From positions 134,669-198,668 of the forward strand of contig JALHDB010000001.1 in the NCBI GenBank assembly GCA_022840825.1: 64,000 bases of DNA. The letters run 5' to 3'. Under the pieces are notes generated by a model. It did not search any database. It had not been told where the DNA came from and saw nothing but the letters and a program-made list of their open reading frames with translations. Below, in pieces: positions 42,865 through 52,546 of the stretch. The number at the start of each line of letters is the position of its first letter. Position 1 is the first letter of the stretch. Both the position numbers and the translations under genes were made by a program. The stretch is from Negativicutes bacterium. GTDB lineage: Bacteria > Bacillota > Negativicutes > JALHDB01.

Positions 42865-43237
42865 TTTATATAGAATTGATGAATATGCCGAAGTAAGTAT
42901 TGTGCTGGCTGATGATGAATTTATCCGGCAGCTTAACCGCGATTATCGTGGAAAAGATACAGCTACCGATGTACTTTCTTTTGCCTTGGACGAAGGTGAA
43001 GAACCGGAGATTTTAGACGGTCCTCAAGAAAAACTGCTTGGTGATATCGTAATATCCCTGGAAACAGCTGTTCGTCAAGCTGAAGATTATGGCCATAGTA
43101 GTGAAAGAGAAGTTGCTTATTTAACTATTCATGGTTTTTTGCATTTATTAGGATATGATCATGAACTGGAACAGGACCGCGAACAAATGCGTAGTCAGGA
43201 GGAGAAAATATTAGCGGCTTTGCAGTTAAGCCGTTAA
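42773..43237 (+). CDS. ybeY: Endoribonuclease YbeY
   Basis: The zinc motif HGFLHLLGYDH is present. The RBS GGAGGGG is 9 nt upstream of the ATG. Confidence 0.9.
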   Translation: MQIMLETVQEKIIVTPQMEQIIQLVLRTAADLYRIDEYAEVSIVLADDEFIRQLNRDYRGKDTATDVLSFALDEGEEPEILDGPQEKLLGDIVISLETAVRQAEDYGHSSEREVAYLTIHGFLHLLGYDHELEQDREQMRSQEEKILAALQLSR

Positions 43238-43243
43238 ATCATT

Positions 43244-43606
43244 ATGTCACGATCGAGTTTTTTCATGTCGTTTGTTTATGCTGCCCGAGGTATACGACAT
43301 TGCATCTGCACGCAAAGAAATATGAAATTTTTAATATTAGCAGCGGTTATAGTAATTGCAGCGGCTTGGTGGTTAAATTTTAGCCGGGCGGAATTTATGA
43401 TTTTAATATTAACGGTGGCGAATATTCTGGCTGCTGAAATGATAAATACGGCTATTGAAAGTGTTGTTGACTTAATATCGCCGGATTATCATCCATTGGC
43501 TAAGTTTGCCAAAGATATGGCCGCCGGTGCGGTATTGCTGCTGGCGATTGCTGCTGTTGTTATCGGAATTCTGCTGTTCGGGAATAAAATTATTATAGGG
43601 GGCTGA
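43244..43606 (+). CDS. dgkA: Diacylglycerol kinase / undecaprenol kinase DgkA
   Basis: 120 aa with 3 TM segments and the motif EMINTAIESVVDLISPDYHPLAK, which aligns to B. subtilis DgkA. Confidence 0.88.
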   Translation: MSRSSFFMSFVYAARGIRHCICTQRNMKFLILAAVIVIAAAWWLNFSRAEFMILILTVANILAAEMINTAIESVVDLISPDYHPLAKFAKDMAAGAVLLLAIAAVVIGILLFGNKIIIGG

Positions 43607-43610
43607 TTTT

Positions 43611-43976
43611 ATGCAACTAGTAGATGAGGCTATAAATGCCAGAAAGAATGCTTATGCTCCTTACTCCAAGTTTCCAGTCGGAGCTGCAGTATTGACCGTT
43701 GACGGGGAAATATTTTCCGGTTGCAACATCGAGAATGCTTCTTACGGTTTAACTACCTGTGCAGAGCGAACAGCTATCTTTCAGGCTGTTGCCAAGGGAA
43801 AACAGCAGTTTAGTGCCTTAGCAGTAGTGGCTGATACCAGCCGGCCGGTTATTCCTTGTGGAGCTTGTTTGCAAGTTATGGTCGAATTTAATATTCCCAA
43901 AATAATATTGGCAAATTTGAAAGGCGAAAATTTAGAACTTTCGCTTGATGAACTTTTGCCTTATCAATTTAAATAG
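43611..43976 (+). CDS. cdd: Cytidine deaminase
   Basis: The zinc motifs CAE (TCAERTAIFQAV) and PCGACLQVM are present. Confidence 0.9.
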   Translation: MQLVDEAINARKNAYAPYSKFPVGAAVLTVDGEIFSGCNIENASYGLTTCAERTAIFQAVAKGKQQFSALAVVADTSRPVIPCGACLQVMVEFNIPKIILANLKGENLELSLDELLPYQFK

Positions 43977-43998
43977 GTTATATTTGGAGTTGATTTAT

Positions 43999-44892
43999 AT
44001 GAATAGTGAAAATTTCAAGTCTGGTTTTGCTACGGTTATTGGTCGTCCCAATGTAGGTAAGTCGACCTTAATTAATAGCTTAATCGGTCAAAAAGTAGTG
44101 ATTATGTCAGATAAACCACAAACTACCCGTAATAAGATTATGTGTGTTTTAACATTGGAAGATGCGCAAATCTTATTTATTGATACACCTGGCATTCATA
44201 AGCCCAAGCATAAGCTAGGCGAGTATATGGTACAGGCTGCCCAAAGTACTTTGCAGGAAGTTGATGTAGTCATTTATGTTGTCGATGTAACCGAGAGCTT
44301 TGGCAAAGGTGAAGAATATATTTTAGAACACTTGAAAAAGATTAAGTCACCGGTTATTCTGGCAATTAATAAAATTGACCGGGTAGCAAAGGAAAAATTA
44401 TTATCCGCAATAGCCGACTACAGTCGACTGTATGATTTTGCCGCGATAGTTCCTATTTCGGCAACGCAAAATATTAATACGACTGAGCTGGTGGCCGAAA
44501 TCAAGAAATACCTCGAACCGGGCCCTAAATATTTTCCGGATGATATGATCACCGATCAACCGGAAAGGTTAGTAGTTGCCGAAATGATTCGCGAGAAAAT
44601 TCTTCACGTAACTGAAGAGGAGATCCCTCATTCCATTGCTGTAGATATTGAGGAAATGGCGACTCGTAATAATCAGGACGTATATATTCGCGCGATTGTG
44701 TATGTTGAAAGAGACTCGCAAAAGGGTATTGTGATCGGAGCTCAAGGTAAACTGCTAAAACAAATTGGCAGTTCAGCTCGGAAAGATATCGAAAGGTTGC
44801 TTGGTTCAAAGATTTTTCTGGATTTGTGGGTAAAGGTTAAAAAAGACTGGCGTAATCGCGAGGGTGTACTAAAATCGTTTGGCTATGAGTAA
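43999..44892 (+). CDS. era: GTPase Era
   Basis: ATG at 43999 gives MNSENFKSGFATVIGRPNVGKST. A KH domain is at the C-terminus. The ORF-track start at 43945 is an extension overlapping cdd. Confidence 0.93.
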   Translation: MNSENFKSGFATVIGRPNVGKSTLINSLIGQKVVIMSDKPQTTRNKIMCVLTLEDAQILFIDTPGIHKPKHKLGEYMVQAAQSTLQEVDVVIYVVDVTESFGKGEEYILEHLKKIKSPVILAINKIDRVAKEKLLSAIADYSRLYDFAAIVPISATQNINTTELVAEIKKYLEPGPKYFPDDMITDQPERLVVAEMIREKILHVTEEEIPHSIAVDIEEMATRNNQDVYIRAIVYVERDSQKGIVIGAQGKLLKQIGSSARKDIERLLGSKIFLDLWVKVKKDWRNREGVLKSFGYE

Positions 44893-44930
44893 TTAAGCTT
44901 CTTATAGTCGATGTATATTTATGCTGTTTA

Positions 44931-44959
44931 TTGACCGGTACCATGTTAAATGGTATTAT
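44931..44959 (+). promoter_or_regulatory. sigmaA-type promoter (TTGACC-17-TATTAT) for the CorC-like gene and recO
   Basis: -35 at 44931-44936 and -10 at 44954-44959. Confidence 0.55.
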
Positions 44960-45028
44960 TTCTTAAAAGGAAGATAAAAGAGAACATGAATTAGGGAGAG
45001 ATGCGCTATCGATTCTGCGATATACAGT

Positions 45029-46339
45029 TTGGTAAAACTGTCTAGTGCGATTTTTTTAGTGTTTTTAAATGGATTTTTTGTTATGGCTGAGTTTTCTTTA
45101 GTTAAAATACGCAAAACTCGGTTAGAAGAATTGGTTCAACAAGGGAATAGGAGGGCAGAGTTAGCGTTAAAGATTGTAATGTCTTTGGACAATTATTTAA
45201 GTGCAACGCAACTGGGGATTACCCTGTCTTCACTGGCCTTAGGCTGGATAGGCGAACCGGCGGTGGCGTCTTTGTTGCAGCCGATATTTAACCATTATTT
45301 TCCCAAATATGTTTTACTGTCTCATACGATAACTTTTGCCGTTTCTTTTACTATAATTACGTTCTTACATATAGTCTTAGGAGAACTTGTTCCACGGTCT
45401 CTCGCCTTGCAGCGTGTTGAGAAGCTGGCTTTAATATCAGCTGTGCCATTATATATTTTTTATAAACTTGGTTATCCGGTCATTATGTTGTTTAATCGGA
45501 CAGCTCGAGCTATTCTGAGTATCTTTGGTATTGATAAAGTTAATAATGAGGATATTGCGCACTCCGAAGAAGAATTAAGAATGATTGTAAGCGCCAGTCA
45601 GCGGGGCGGCGTACTAGATCAAATGGAAAGCAAATTAATTGATAATGTTTTTGACTTTGCTGATCGTATCGCCAGAGAAGTTATGGTTCCACGGCAAGAT
45701 ATGGTATGCTTATTTGCCGATGATACGTTTGAGGAAAACATGCAAGTTGTAAGAGAAACCGGACATACACGCTATCCTTTATGTGAGGATGATAAGGACC
45801 ATGTAATTGGCATGATCCATATCCATGACATGATGGATTTGTATTTGCAGCAACAGGCTGATGTTGACTTACGCGAAGTTATGAGAGAAATATTAGTGAT
45901 TCCGGAAGGCATGTCAGTTGCTAATCTGTTGCAAGTTATGCAGCGAAAAAGGACTCATTTAGCAGTTGTTGCTGATGAATTCGGTGGAACGGCCGGATTA
46001 GTGGCTATGGAAGATGTCATTGAAGAAATAGTTGGCGACATACACGATGAATATGATGAAGAACAAATCGAGATCCAGCGGTTGCCAAACGGTTCCTATG
46101 AATTTGACGGTCGAGTGCTGCTTGATGATGTTGCTGAATTATTACATTTGCATTTGGAAGAACATGAAGAAGATACGATCGGTGGCTATATTTTTGGCTT
46201 GTTGGGCCGGCGGCCGGAGGTCGGTGACCAGTTAACTATTGGTAATTATAGCTTTAGTGTACTTGAGGTCAACGGATTTAGAGTAGTACGTGTACAGGCC
46301 GAGCTTTTGGCTGTTACTGAGGAAGATGAAGTGATATGA
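45029..46339 (+). CDS. CNNM/CorC-family transporter (DUF21 membrane domain + CBS pair + CorC_HlyC domain; TlyC-like hemolysin homologue)
   Basis: 436 aa with 4 N-terminal TM helices, tandem CBS domains and a C-terminal transporter-associated domain. Confidence 0.85.
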   Translation: MVKLSSAIFLVFLNGFFVMAEFSLVKIRKTRLEELVQQGNRRAELALKIVMSLDNYLSATQLGITLSSLALGWIGEPAVASLLQPIFNHYFPKYVLLSHTITFAVSFTIITFLHIVLGELVPRSLALQRVEKLALISAVPLYIFYKLGYPVIMLFNRTARAILSIFGIDKVNNEDIAHSEEELRMIVSASQRGGVLDQMESKLIDNVFDFADRIAREVMVPRQDMVCLFADDTFEENMQVVRETGHTRYPLCEDDKDHVIGMIHIHDMMDLYLQQQADVDLREVMREILVIPEGMSVANLLQVMQRKRTHLAVVADEFGGTAGLVAMEDVIEEIVGDIHDEYDEEQIEIQRLPNGSYEFDGRVLLDDVAELLHLHLEEHEEDTIGGYIFGLLGRRPEVGDQLTIGNYSFSVLEVNGFRVVRVQAELLAVTEEDEVI

Positions 46340-47076
46340 ATATTGTTCAGACCGAGGCTATTATACTAACAGCGCGTGACTGGGGTGATGCTGACCGTAT
46401 AATAACTTTGCTTTCGCCTGAATTAGGAAAAACTAAGGCTGTTGCTTATGGCGCCCGGCAGATCAGAAGCCGGCTGTCAGGGGCTATTCAGCCTTTTTCG
46501 CATGTTGGTATACATTTAGCTGCCGGTAAGAATATTGACTCGGTCAGGCAGTGTCAGATCATCGATTCTTTCCCGGCAATAAAACAAGATTTAGCACTTA
46601 TGGCTTATTCCTCATTTATCGCGGAGTTATCTGTCGAATTGCTGCCGGAAAGTGAGCCTCAGCCGCAAGCTTTTTGTTTAGTACTTAACACGTTGCAGAC
46701 TTTAACAAAGAGGAATCCAAGGATAACCATCCAGGCATTTGCCTGGCAATTGTTATCTTTGACCGGCTATCAGCCGGAATATATCAATTGTGTTACTTGT
46801 GGGCAGCAAATTATCTTTCCTGCTCACTTTGATTCTTCTGCCGGCGGAGCTATCTGTAACGAATGCGGCAAGTTATCAGATGTTTGTTATGATCAAGATA
46901 CCTGTAGTTTGTTAGCTCGTTTTTTGACGCTTGATATGGCTGCACCAGATAAATTTTTAGTTTCGGGGGCTGCTTTAACTCAATTGGAAAAAATACTTCA
47001 CAGTTTTTTGTTAGTCGTCTTAGAAAAACCACTTAAATCACTAAGTTTCATTCAAACGGTTACAAAAAATGATTAA
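46336..47076 (+). CDS. recO: DNA repair protein RecO
   Basis: 246 aa with the zinc-finger CxxC...CxxC (CVTCGQ...CNECG). The start overlaps the upstream stop (ATGA). Confidence 0.88.
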   Translation: MNIVQTEAIILTARDWGDADRIITLLSPELGKTKAVAYGARQIRSRLSGAIQPFSHVGIHLAAGKNIDSVRQCQIIDSFPAIKQDLALMAYSSFIAELSVELLPESEPQPQAFCLVLNTLQTLTKRNPRITIQAFAWQLLSLTGYQPEYINCVTCGQQIIFPAHFDSSAGGAICNECGKLSDVCYDQDTCSLLARFLTLDMAAPDKFLVSGAALTQLEKILHSFLLVVLEKPLKSLSFIQTVTKND

Positions 47077-47138
47077 ACTGATTTTGATTATTATTAATTT
47101 TACTGGAGAAACTATAATATGTAATAAGGAGGGAAAGT

Positions 47139-47573
47139 ATGGAACAAATAACATTGGACAAGATTGATATAATTCGGGAGCGAACCAATGTTTCTTACCG
47201 CCAGGCCAAAGAAGCATTAACAAAGCACGATGGAAATGTATTGGAGGCATTAATCGAGCTGGAAGATGGTAAGCAAACTTCTTGGACTGAAGAATTTTCC
47301 GTCCGCTCCGGTGAAGTGGTTGACCGAGTAAAGCAATTGATTCACGAAGGTAATGTTACCAAAATTAGAGTGAAGAATGAGGAAAAAACTTTAGTAGAGA
47401 TTCCGGTGACACTGGGAGCTATTAGTGCAGTGATTTTACCTCAACTGGCGGCTTTAGGAGTGTTGGTTGCCGTATTTAAACGGTGTACAATTGAGGTAAT
47501 TAGAAAAAACGGCGATACGGATATTATCGAAGCTGAAAAAGATGATAATGATATCAACAATAATGTACTATAA
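47139..47573 (+). CDS. Hypothetical protein with an N-terminal UBA/NAC-like helical domain and a DUF4342-like hydrophobic C-terminal segment
   Basis: 144 aa with a good RBS AAGGAGGG. The N-terminus DKIDIIRERTNVSYRQAKEALTKHDGNVLEALIEL resembles UBA-like domains. Confidence 0.6.
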   Translation: MEQITLDKIDIIRERTNVSYRQAKEALTKHDGNVLEALIELEDGKQTSWTEEFSVRSGEVVDRVKQLIHEGNVTKIRVKNEEKTLVEIPVTLGAISAVILPQLAALGVLVAVFKRCTIEVIRKNGDTDIIEAEKDDNDINNNVL

Positions 47574-47606
47574 GACATTATTAAATAATAAAATTGTAAC
47601 ATTTTG

Positions 47607-47638
47607 ACAAGTTATAGCAAATAACTTGTTTTTTTTTG
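47607..47638 (+). terminator. Intrinsic terminator
   Basis: ACAAGTTAT-loop-ATAACTTGT followed by a T9 tract. Confidence 0.8.
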
Positions 47639-47846
47639 TATAATTAACTGATTTTTTTTGTTTGCTAATAGGAATTTTGCATATCCGTGTTTAATATAAA
47701 AATAGTATAGTAGCGATATAAAAAGAATATGGCATTATTTTTTAGTATCGAAACAAGTACAAAGAGTAGTTGAAGTAAAGGGGGGGATGTAATAAAGTCG
47801 GATTTGCCTGAATTGTTCTATCAAAAAATAAAAGTGAGGTGCAATA

Positions 47847-49097
47847 ATGGTTTATATTGGTGGATTAATTGTATTACTAACGTTTTATGCAATCATCAAA
47901 AGATATGAAACAAGAATGGTATTATTTGTAGCCGGTTTGGCTATGGCCATTCTGGCCGGCAAACCGGTTGCAGCCATTGATGCTTTTGCGGCACGCATGG
48001 TCAGCAGCGGTCTGGTAACAGTAATTCTCACTGTTATGGGTTTTGCGTATGTTATGAAATTAACAAAATGTGATGCTCACTTGGTTAAAATGATGACCGG
48101 GGTTTTATCCAAAGTTCGGGTTATCCTGATACCGGGTACTGTTCTTATTACAGCGGCAATTAACGTTGCTTTGCCTAGCGCCGCCGGTTGTTCAGCTGCA
48201 GTTGGCGCGATTATGATACCAACCTTAATTGGTGCCGGTGTGCACCCGGCTGCTGCTGCCAGTGCGGTATTGGCCGGAACTTGGGGCAGTGTTTTAAGCC
48301 CTGGTGGTACTCATAATGCGTTTATGGCCAAGATGGTAAATACTGATGTATTGACCGCAATTGCTACTCACGTTAATGCGACATTCGTAGGCATAATTGT
48401 AGTGGCTATCGGCGTAACGGCTATGTCTATCTGGAAGAAAGAAGATAAGGGCTATGTAGCGGAAGCAGATAAAGCTGTAACTGAAGAATTAAAAGTAAAT
48501 TATTTAAAAGCGATTGTTCCGTTGATTCCGCTTATCCTGCTGGTATTGGGCAGCAAACAAGTCGGAGTTATTCCTTATGTTTCAGTTCCCCTGGCAATGA
48601 TTAGTGGTACTATAATTGCATTCTTTGTAACATTTACTAATCCGCAGGAAATTTCCAAGCAATTCTTTGCCGGTATGGGTGATGCTTATGGCAATGTTAT
48701 GGGTATTATCATTGCGGCTGCTGTGTTTACAACCGGTATGAAGTTAATTGGTTTAACCGGTGCTTTAATTAATGCCATGAAAGCTTCCTCAGGAATTGCT
48801 AAAATTGCGGCAACGTTTGGACCGTTCATTATTGCTGTATTAAGTGGTTCCGGTGATGCTGCAACGTTGGCATTCAATGGCGCAATTACTCCTCATGCTC
48901 AACAATTTGGCTATGGCATTCTGCAAATGGGTTCGATGGCCCAGTTGTCCGGGTCACTTGGCCGTTCAATGTCCCCGGTGGCCGGTGCTGCCATTGTTTG
49001 TGCCGGGCTGGCCGGTGTAAACACGATGGAATTGACCAAAAGAAACTGGCCGGTTATGGTTGTAGCTGTTTTAGTTGTTATGTTTATTCTCCTGTAA
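47847..49097 (+). CDS. DcuC-family anaerobic C4-dicarboxylate transporter
   Basis: 416 aa polytopic membrane protein. The N-terminus (IIKRYETRMVLFVAGLAMAIL) and the central GMGDAYGNVMGIIIAAAVF block resemble E. coli DcuC. Confidence 0.6.
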   Translation: MVYIGGLIVLLTFYAIIKRYETRMVLFVAGLAMAILAGKPVAAIDAFAARMVSSGLVTVILTVMGFAYVMKLTKCDAHLVKMMTGVLSKVRVILIPGTVLITAAINVALPSAAGCSAAVGAIMIPTLIGAGVHPAAAASAVLAGTWGSVLSPGGTHNAFMAKMVNTDVLTAIATHVNATFVGIIVVAIGVTAMSIWKKEDKGYVAEADKAVTEELKVNYLKAIVPLIPLILLVLGSKQVGVIPYVSVPLAMISGTIIAFFVTFTNPQEISKQFFAGMGDAYGNVMGIIIAAAVFTTGMKLIGLTGALINAMKASSGIAKIAATFGPFIIAVLSGSGDAATLAFNGAITPHAQQFGYGILQMGSMAQLSGSLGRSMSPVAGAAIVCAGLAGVNTMELTKRNWPVMVVAVLVVMFILL

Positions 49098-49113
49098 TAC
49101 CAAGCGGTTTTAT

Positions 49114-49365
49114 TTGACATCGCCATGAATATTTGCTATATTTTTAATTAAATACGGCAATGACGGAATAAGTAGTCTGTTTCAGCGAATTGGGGACAGT
49201 GCAAGCCCAATATTAACAGATGAAGGCATCCTAAGCTGCGAGAGGAAATTCTTCAAGAAAAGTAAAACTCGCTATAAAACTTAAGGTGGGCACAAGCCAA
49301 TCAGGGTGGAACCGCGGGAAACTAATAAAACTCTCGTCCCTGTAACTTTTAGTTACAGGGACGAG
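49114..49365 (+). promoter_or_regulatory. sigmaA promoter (TTGACA-17-TATATT) plus a glycine T-box riboswitch leader controlling glyQS
   Basis: The T-box sequence AAUCAGGGUGGAACCGCGGG is at about 49298-49317. The candidate specifier is GGC. A perfect terminator CUCUCGUCCCUGUAACU...AGUUACAGGGACGAGAG plus U6 is present. Confidence 0.88.
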
Positions 49366-49404
49366 AGTTTTTTATGTTTATTTTGACTTTAGGAGGAGTG
49401 ACAG

Positions 49405-50289
49405 GTGAAATTTCAAGAGATAATCTTGACATTACAAAAATTTTGGGCTGAACAAAATTGTATTCTTGGTCAGCCTTATGATGTGGAAAAGGGTGCCGGA
49501 ACAATGAACCCTTCCACTTTTTTACGGGCATTGGGACCCGAACCATGGAATATTGCATATGTAGAACCTTCGCGGCGCCCTACTGACGGCCGTTATGGCG
49601 ATAATCCCAACCGTTTATTTCAACATCATCAATTTCAAGTAATAATGAAGCCATCACCGGATAATATTCAAGAGTTATATTTGGATAGCCTGGCTTGCTT
49701 AGGAATTGACCCTAAGCAGCACGATATCAGATTTGTTGAAGATAACTGGGAGTCACCGACTCTGGGCGCTTGGGGTTTAGGTTGGGAAGTATGGTTAGAT
49801 GGCATGGAAATAACACAGTTTACTTATTTTCAACAGGTTGGCAGTGTAGATGTGCATCCGGTTTCAGTAGAAATTACTTACGGTCTGGAACGCTTGGCTA
49901 TGTATATTCAAGGGAAAGAAAACGTATATGATATCGAATGGGTTGAAGGTATTACCTATGGCGATGTATTTCACCGCAATGAGGTCGAGCAGTCTTATTA
50001 TAACTTCCAAATTGCTGATACTGCATTATTATTTACCTTATTTGAGCAATATGAAAAAGAGGCTGTACGGATTATTGAACAAGGCTTTGTTTTGCCGGCT
50101 TACGACTATGTTTTAAAATGTTCGCATACTTTTAATTTATTGGATGCCCGGGGGGCTATAAGTGTCAGCGAGAGGACTGCCTATATTGCCCGCGTGAGAA
50201 ATATGGCCCGGCTGTGTGCACAAGCCTATTTGGATCAACGTGAGAAATTAGGATATCCGCTGCTAAAGGGGGGCAATCACAATGAATAG
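49405..50289 (+). CDS. glyQ: Glycine--tRNA ligase alpha subunit
   Basis: 294 aa and highly conserved ([17 protein letters not shown]). Confidence 0.95.
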   Translation: MKFQEIILTLQKFWAEQNCILGQPYDVEKGAGTMNPSTFLRALGPEPWNIAYVEPSRRPTDGRYGDNPNRLFQHHQFQVIMKPSPDNIQELYLDSLACLGIDPKQHDIRFVEDNWESPTLGAWGLGWEVWLDGMEITQFTYFQQVGSVDVHPVSVEITYGLERLAMYIQGKENVYDIEWVEGITYGDVFHRNEVEQSYYNFQIADTALLFTLFEQYEKEAVRIIEQGFVLPAYDYVLKCSHTFNLLDARGAISVSERTAYIARVRNMARLCAQAYLDQREKLGYPLLKGGNHNE

Positions 50290-52333
50290 AGACTTATTGC
50301 TGGAAATCGGTACGGAAGAAATACCAGCTAAATTTATGCCGGCTTCCTTATCCCAGCTGGAAAGCATTGCCTCAACAATGCTCAATGAACAAAGGATTAT
50401 TTATGGCAAAGTAAAGGTTTTGGGAACGCCCCGAAGATTAACGTTGATTGTAGAAGAAATTGAAGAAGTACAAGCCGATATTACGGTAGAGAGTAAAGGG
50501 CCTTCCATAAAAGTAGCCTATGATAATGGTACTGCGACTAAGGCAGCAATTGGTTTTGCCCGGGGACAAGGAGTAGCAGTAGAAGAATTAGTCATTCGTG
50601 ATGGTTATATATATGCTGTCAAAGAATTGAGAGGGCAAGCGGTAACAAATTTATTGCCATCAATTATGTCGGATATAATTAATGCACTTAGTTTTCCGAA
50701 GAATATGCGCTGGGCGAACCTGGACATAAAATTTGTACGACCAATTCGCTGGATAGTTTCTTTATTTGGTAATGAAATTATTCCTTTTAGTATTGCCGGA
50801 GTAAATAGCGGAAACAAAACACGCGGCCATCGCTTTTTAGGGCAGGAAGAAATCATTGTTGATAATGTAGCCGACTACTTCCAAAAATTGCAGGAAAATT
50901 ATGTTATGATTGATCAGGAGGAACGTCGGAACGTTATTCGGTGTCAAATTGAAGAACTCGCAGTACAACAAGGCGGAATAGCAGATATTGATGAGGAATT
51001 ACTGCAAGAGGTTATTTATTTAGTGGAATTTCCAACTGCATTATGCGGTAAATTCGATACTGACTTTTTGAAGCTGCCCAAGGAAGCAATTATCACCCCA
51101 ATGCGTGAGCATCAGCGCTATTTTCCGGTGCTATCACCTAACGGTGAATTATTACCGGTGTTTATTACTGTTCGCAATGGCGGGTCTGATTATCTTAGTA
51201 CTGTGCAGCACGGAAATGAAAGAGTATTAAAAGCGCGGCTGAGTGATGCTCAATTCTTCTTTATTGAAGATAGAAAGACGCCGCTATCTCAAAGGCTGGA
51301 CAGACTAAAATCAATTGTTTTCCAGGAAGGATTAGGCACATTATTTGATAAAACTCAACGTATTAAAAAGCTAGCTTTAATGATAGCCGAAGCTGCAGGA
51401 TTGGATTTGGATCAAACGATTGTCAGGGCAGCTGAATTAAGCAAGGCAGACCTAGTTACCAGCATGGTCTATGAGTTTACGGAATTACAAGGAGTTATGG
51501 GGCGTGAGTATGCCTTGCTTGATGGTGAGAATAAGGATACCGCTCAGGCGATTTACGAACATTATCTTCCTCGATTTTCCGGCGATAGTTTGCCGCAGTC
51601 AACTGCCGGACGTGCCGTGAGTATTGCCGACAAGATGGACAACATCGTTGCTACCTTTAGCAGAGGATTGATTCCCACCGGTTCACAAGACCCATACGCA
51701 TTGAGACGTCAAGCACTCGGTATTGTTAACATCTTAATTGACAGCAAGTATAATCTTTCTTTAGCTCAAATTATTGATAATTCCATTTCACTATTAGAAA
51801 TAAGTGCGACTGCTCAGGCTAGTCTCAAAGAGAGCATCCAGGAATTTTTTAAATTGCGGTTAAAGAATCTTATGTTGGATGAAAATATTCGGTATGATAT
51901 AGTTGAAGCAATCATGGGAACAGCTACTGATGATATATATGATGCCTGGTTGCGGGCAAAATCTTTATCATTATATGCCGTAAACAGTGTTCAAATACAA
52001 CAACTAGTACAGGCGTTTAGCCGGGTGGGGAATTTAGCTAAAAAAGCAGCGGTAACTGCTGTTGATCCCCAACTGTTTGAAGTTGATGTAGAAAACGAAC
52101 TTTATGAAAAGTATCTGGCAATGCAGAAAAAAGTTGATTCGTTGAGTAATTTTAGACAATACGATGAATTATTAGCGACATTATCTGAAATGGTTAGCCC
52201 GATTGATAAATTTTTTGAGACAGTAATGGTTATGGTAGAAGATGCGCGGATAAGGGATAATCGCCTGGCGCTTCTGCATGTGATTCATGCCTTAACTGTT
52301 AATATTGCGGATTTAAGCAAGATCGTTCTGTAA
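50282..52333 (+). CDS. glyS: Glycine--tRNA ligase beta subunit
   Basis: 683 aa. It overlaps the glyQ stop. Confidence 0.93.
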   Translation: MNRDLLLEIGTEEIPAKFMPASLSQLESIASTMLNEQRIIYGKVKVLGTPRRLTLIVEEIEEVQADITVESKGPSIKVAYDNGTATKAAIGFARGQGVAVEELVIRDGYIYAVKELRGQAVTNLLPSIMSDIINALSFPKNMRWANLDIKFVRPIRWIVSLFGNEIIPFSIAGVNSGNKTRGHRFLGQEEIIVDNVADYFQKLQENYVMIDQEERRNVIRCQIEELAVQQGGIADIDEELLQEVIYLVEFPTALCGKFDTDFLKLPKEAIITPMREHQRYFPVLSPNGELLPVFITVRNGGSDYLSTVQHGNERVLKARLSDAQFFFIEDRKTPLSQRLDRLKSIVFQEGLGTLFDKTQRIKKLALMIAEAAGLDLDQTIVRAAELSKADLVTSMVYEFTELQGVMGREYALLDGENKDTAQAIYEHYLPRFSGDSLPQSTAGRAVSIADKMDNIVATFSRGLIPTGSQDPYALRRQALGIVNILIDSKYNLSLAQIIDNSISLLEISATAQASLKESIQEFFKLRLKNLMLDENIRYDIVEAIMGTATDDIYDAWLRAKSLSLYAVNSVQIQQLVQAFSRVGNLAKKAAVTAVDPQLFEVDVENELYEKYLAMQKKVDSLSNFRQYDELLATLSEMVSPIDKFFETVMVMVEDARIRDNRLALLHVIHALTVNIADLSKIVL

Positions 52334-52373
52334 TTAAGGCGTACTATTGCTTTTCTGTTTGTAAATATACTTG

Positions 52374-52403
52374 AGCCGTAAACTTTTGTTTACGGCTTTT
52401 TTA
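52374..52403 (+). terminator. Intrinsic terminator after glyS
   Basis: AGCCGTAAAC-loop-GTTTACGGCT followed by TTTTTT. Confidence 0.8.
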
Positions 52404-52546
52404 ATTGTAGCGAGTAAAATTTATAAGAAAATTTTTTTGGGGAATGTTAATTTTAGCAGGAAATATTATATTTATATAGTATATACTAATTGTGAATTGT
52501 TCATAAATAGCATATACTATATCGAACATATATAAGGAGGATTTTT

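Noticed and set aside
43945-43998. ORF-track N-terminal extension of era overlapping cdd
   Set aside because: The Era N-terminus (GFATVIGRPNVGKST) begins at ATG 43999. The extension is translated cdd-overlapping sequence in another frame context, without an RBS.
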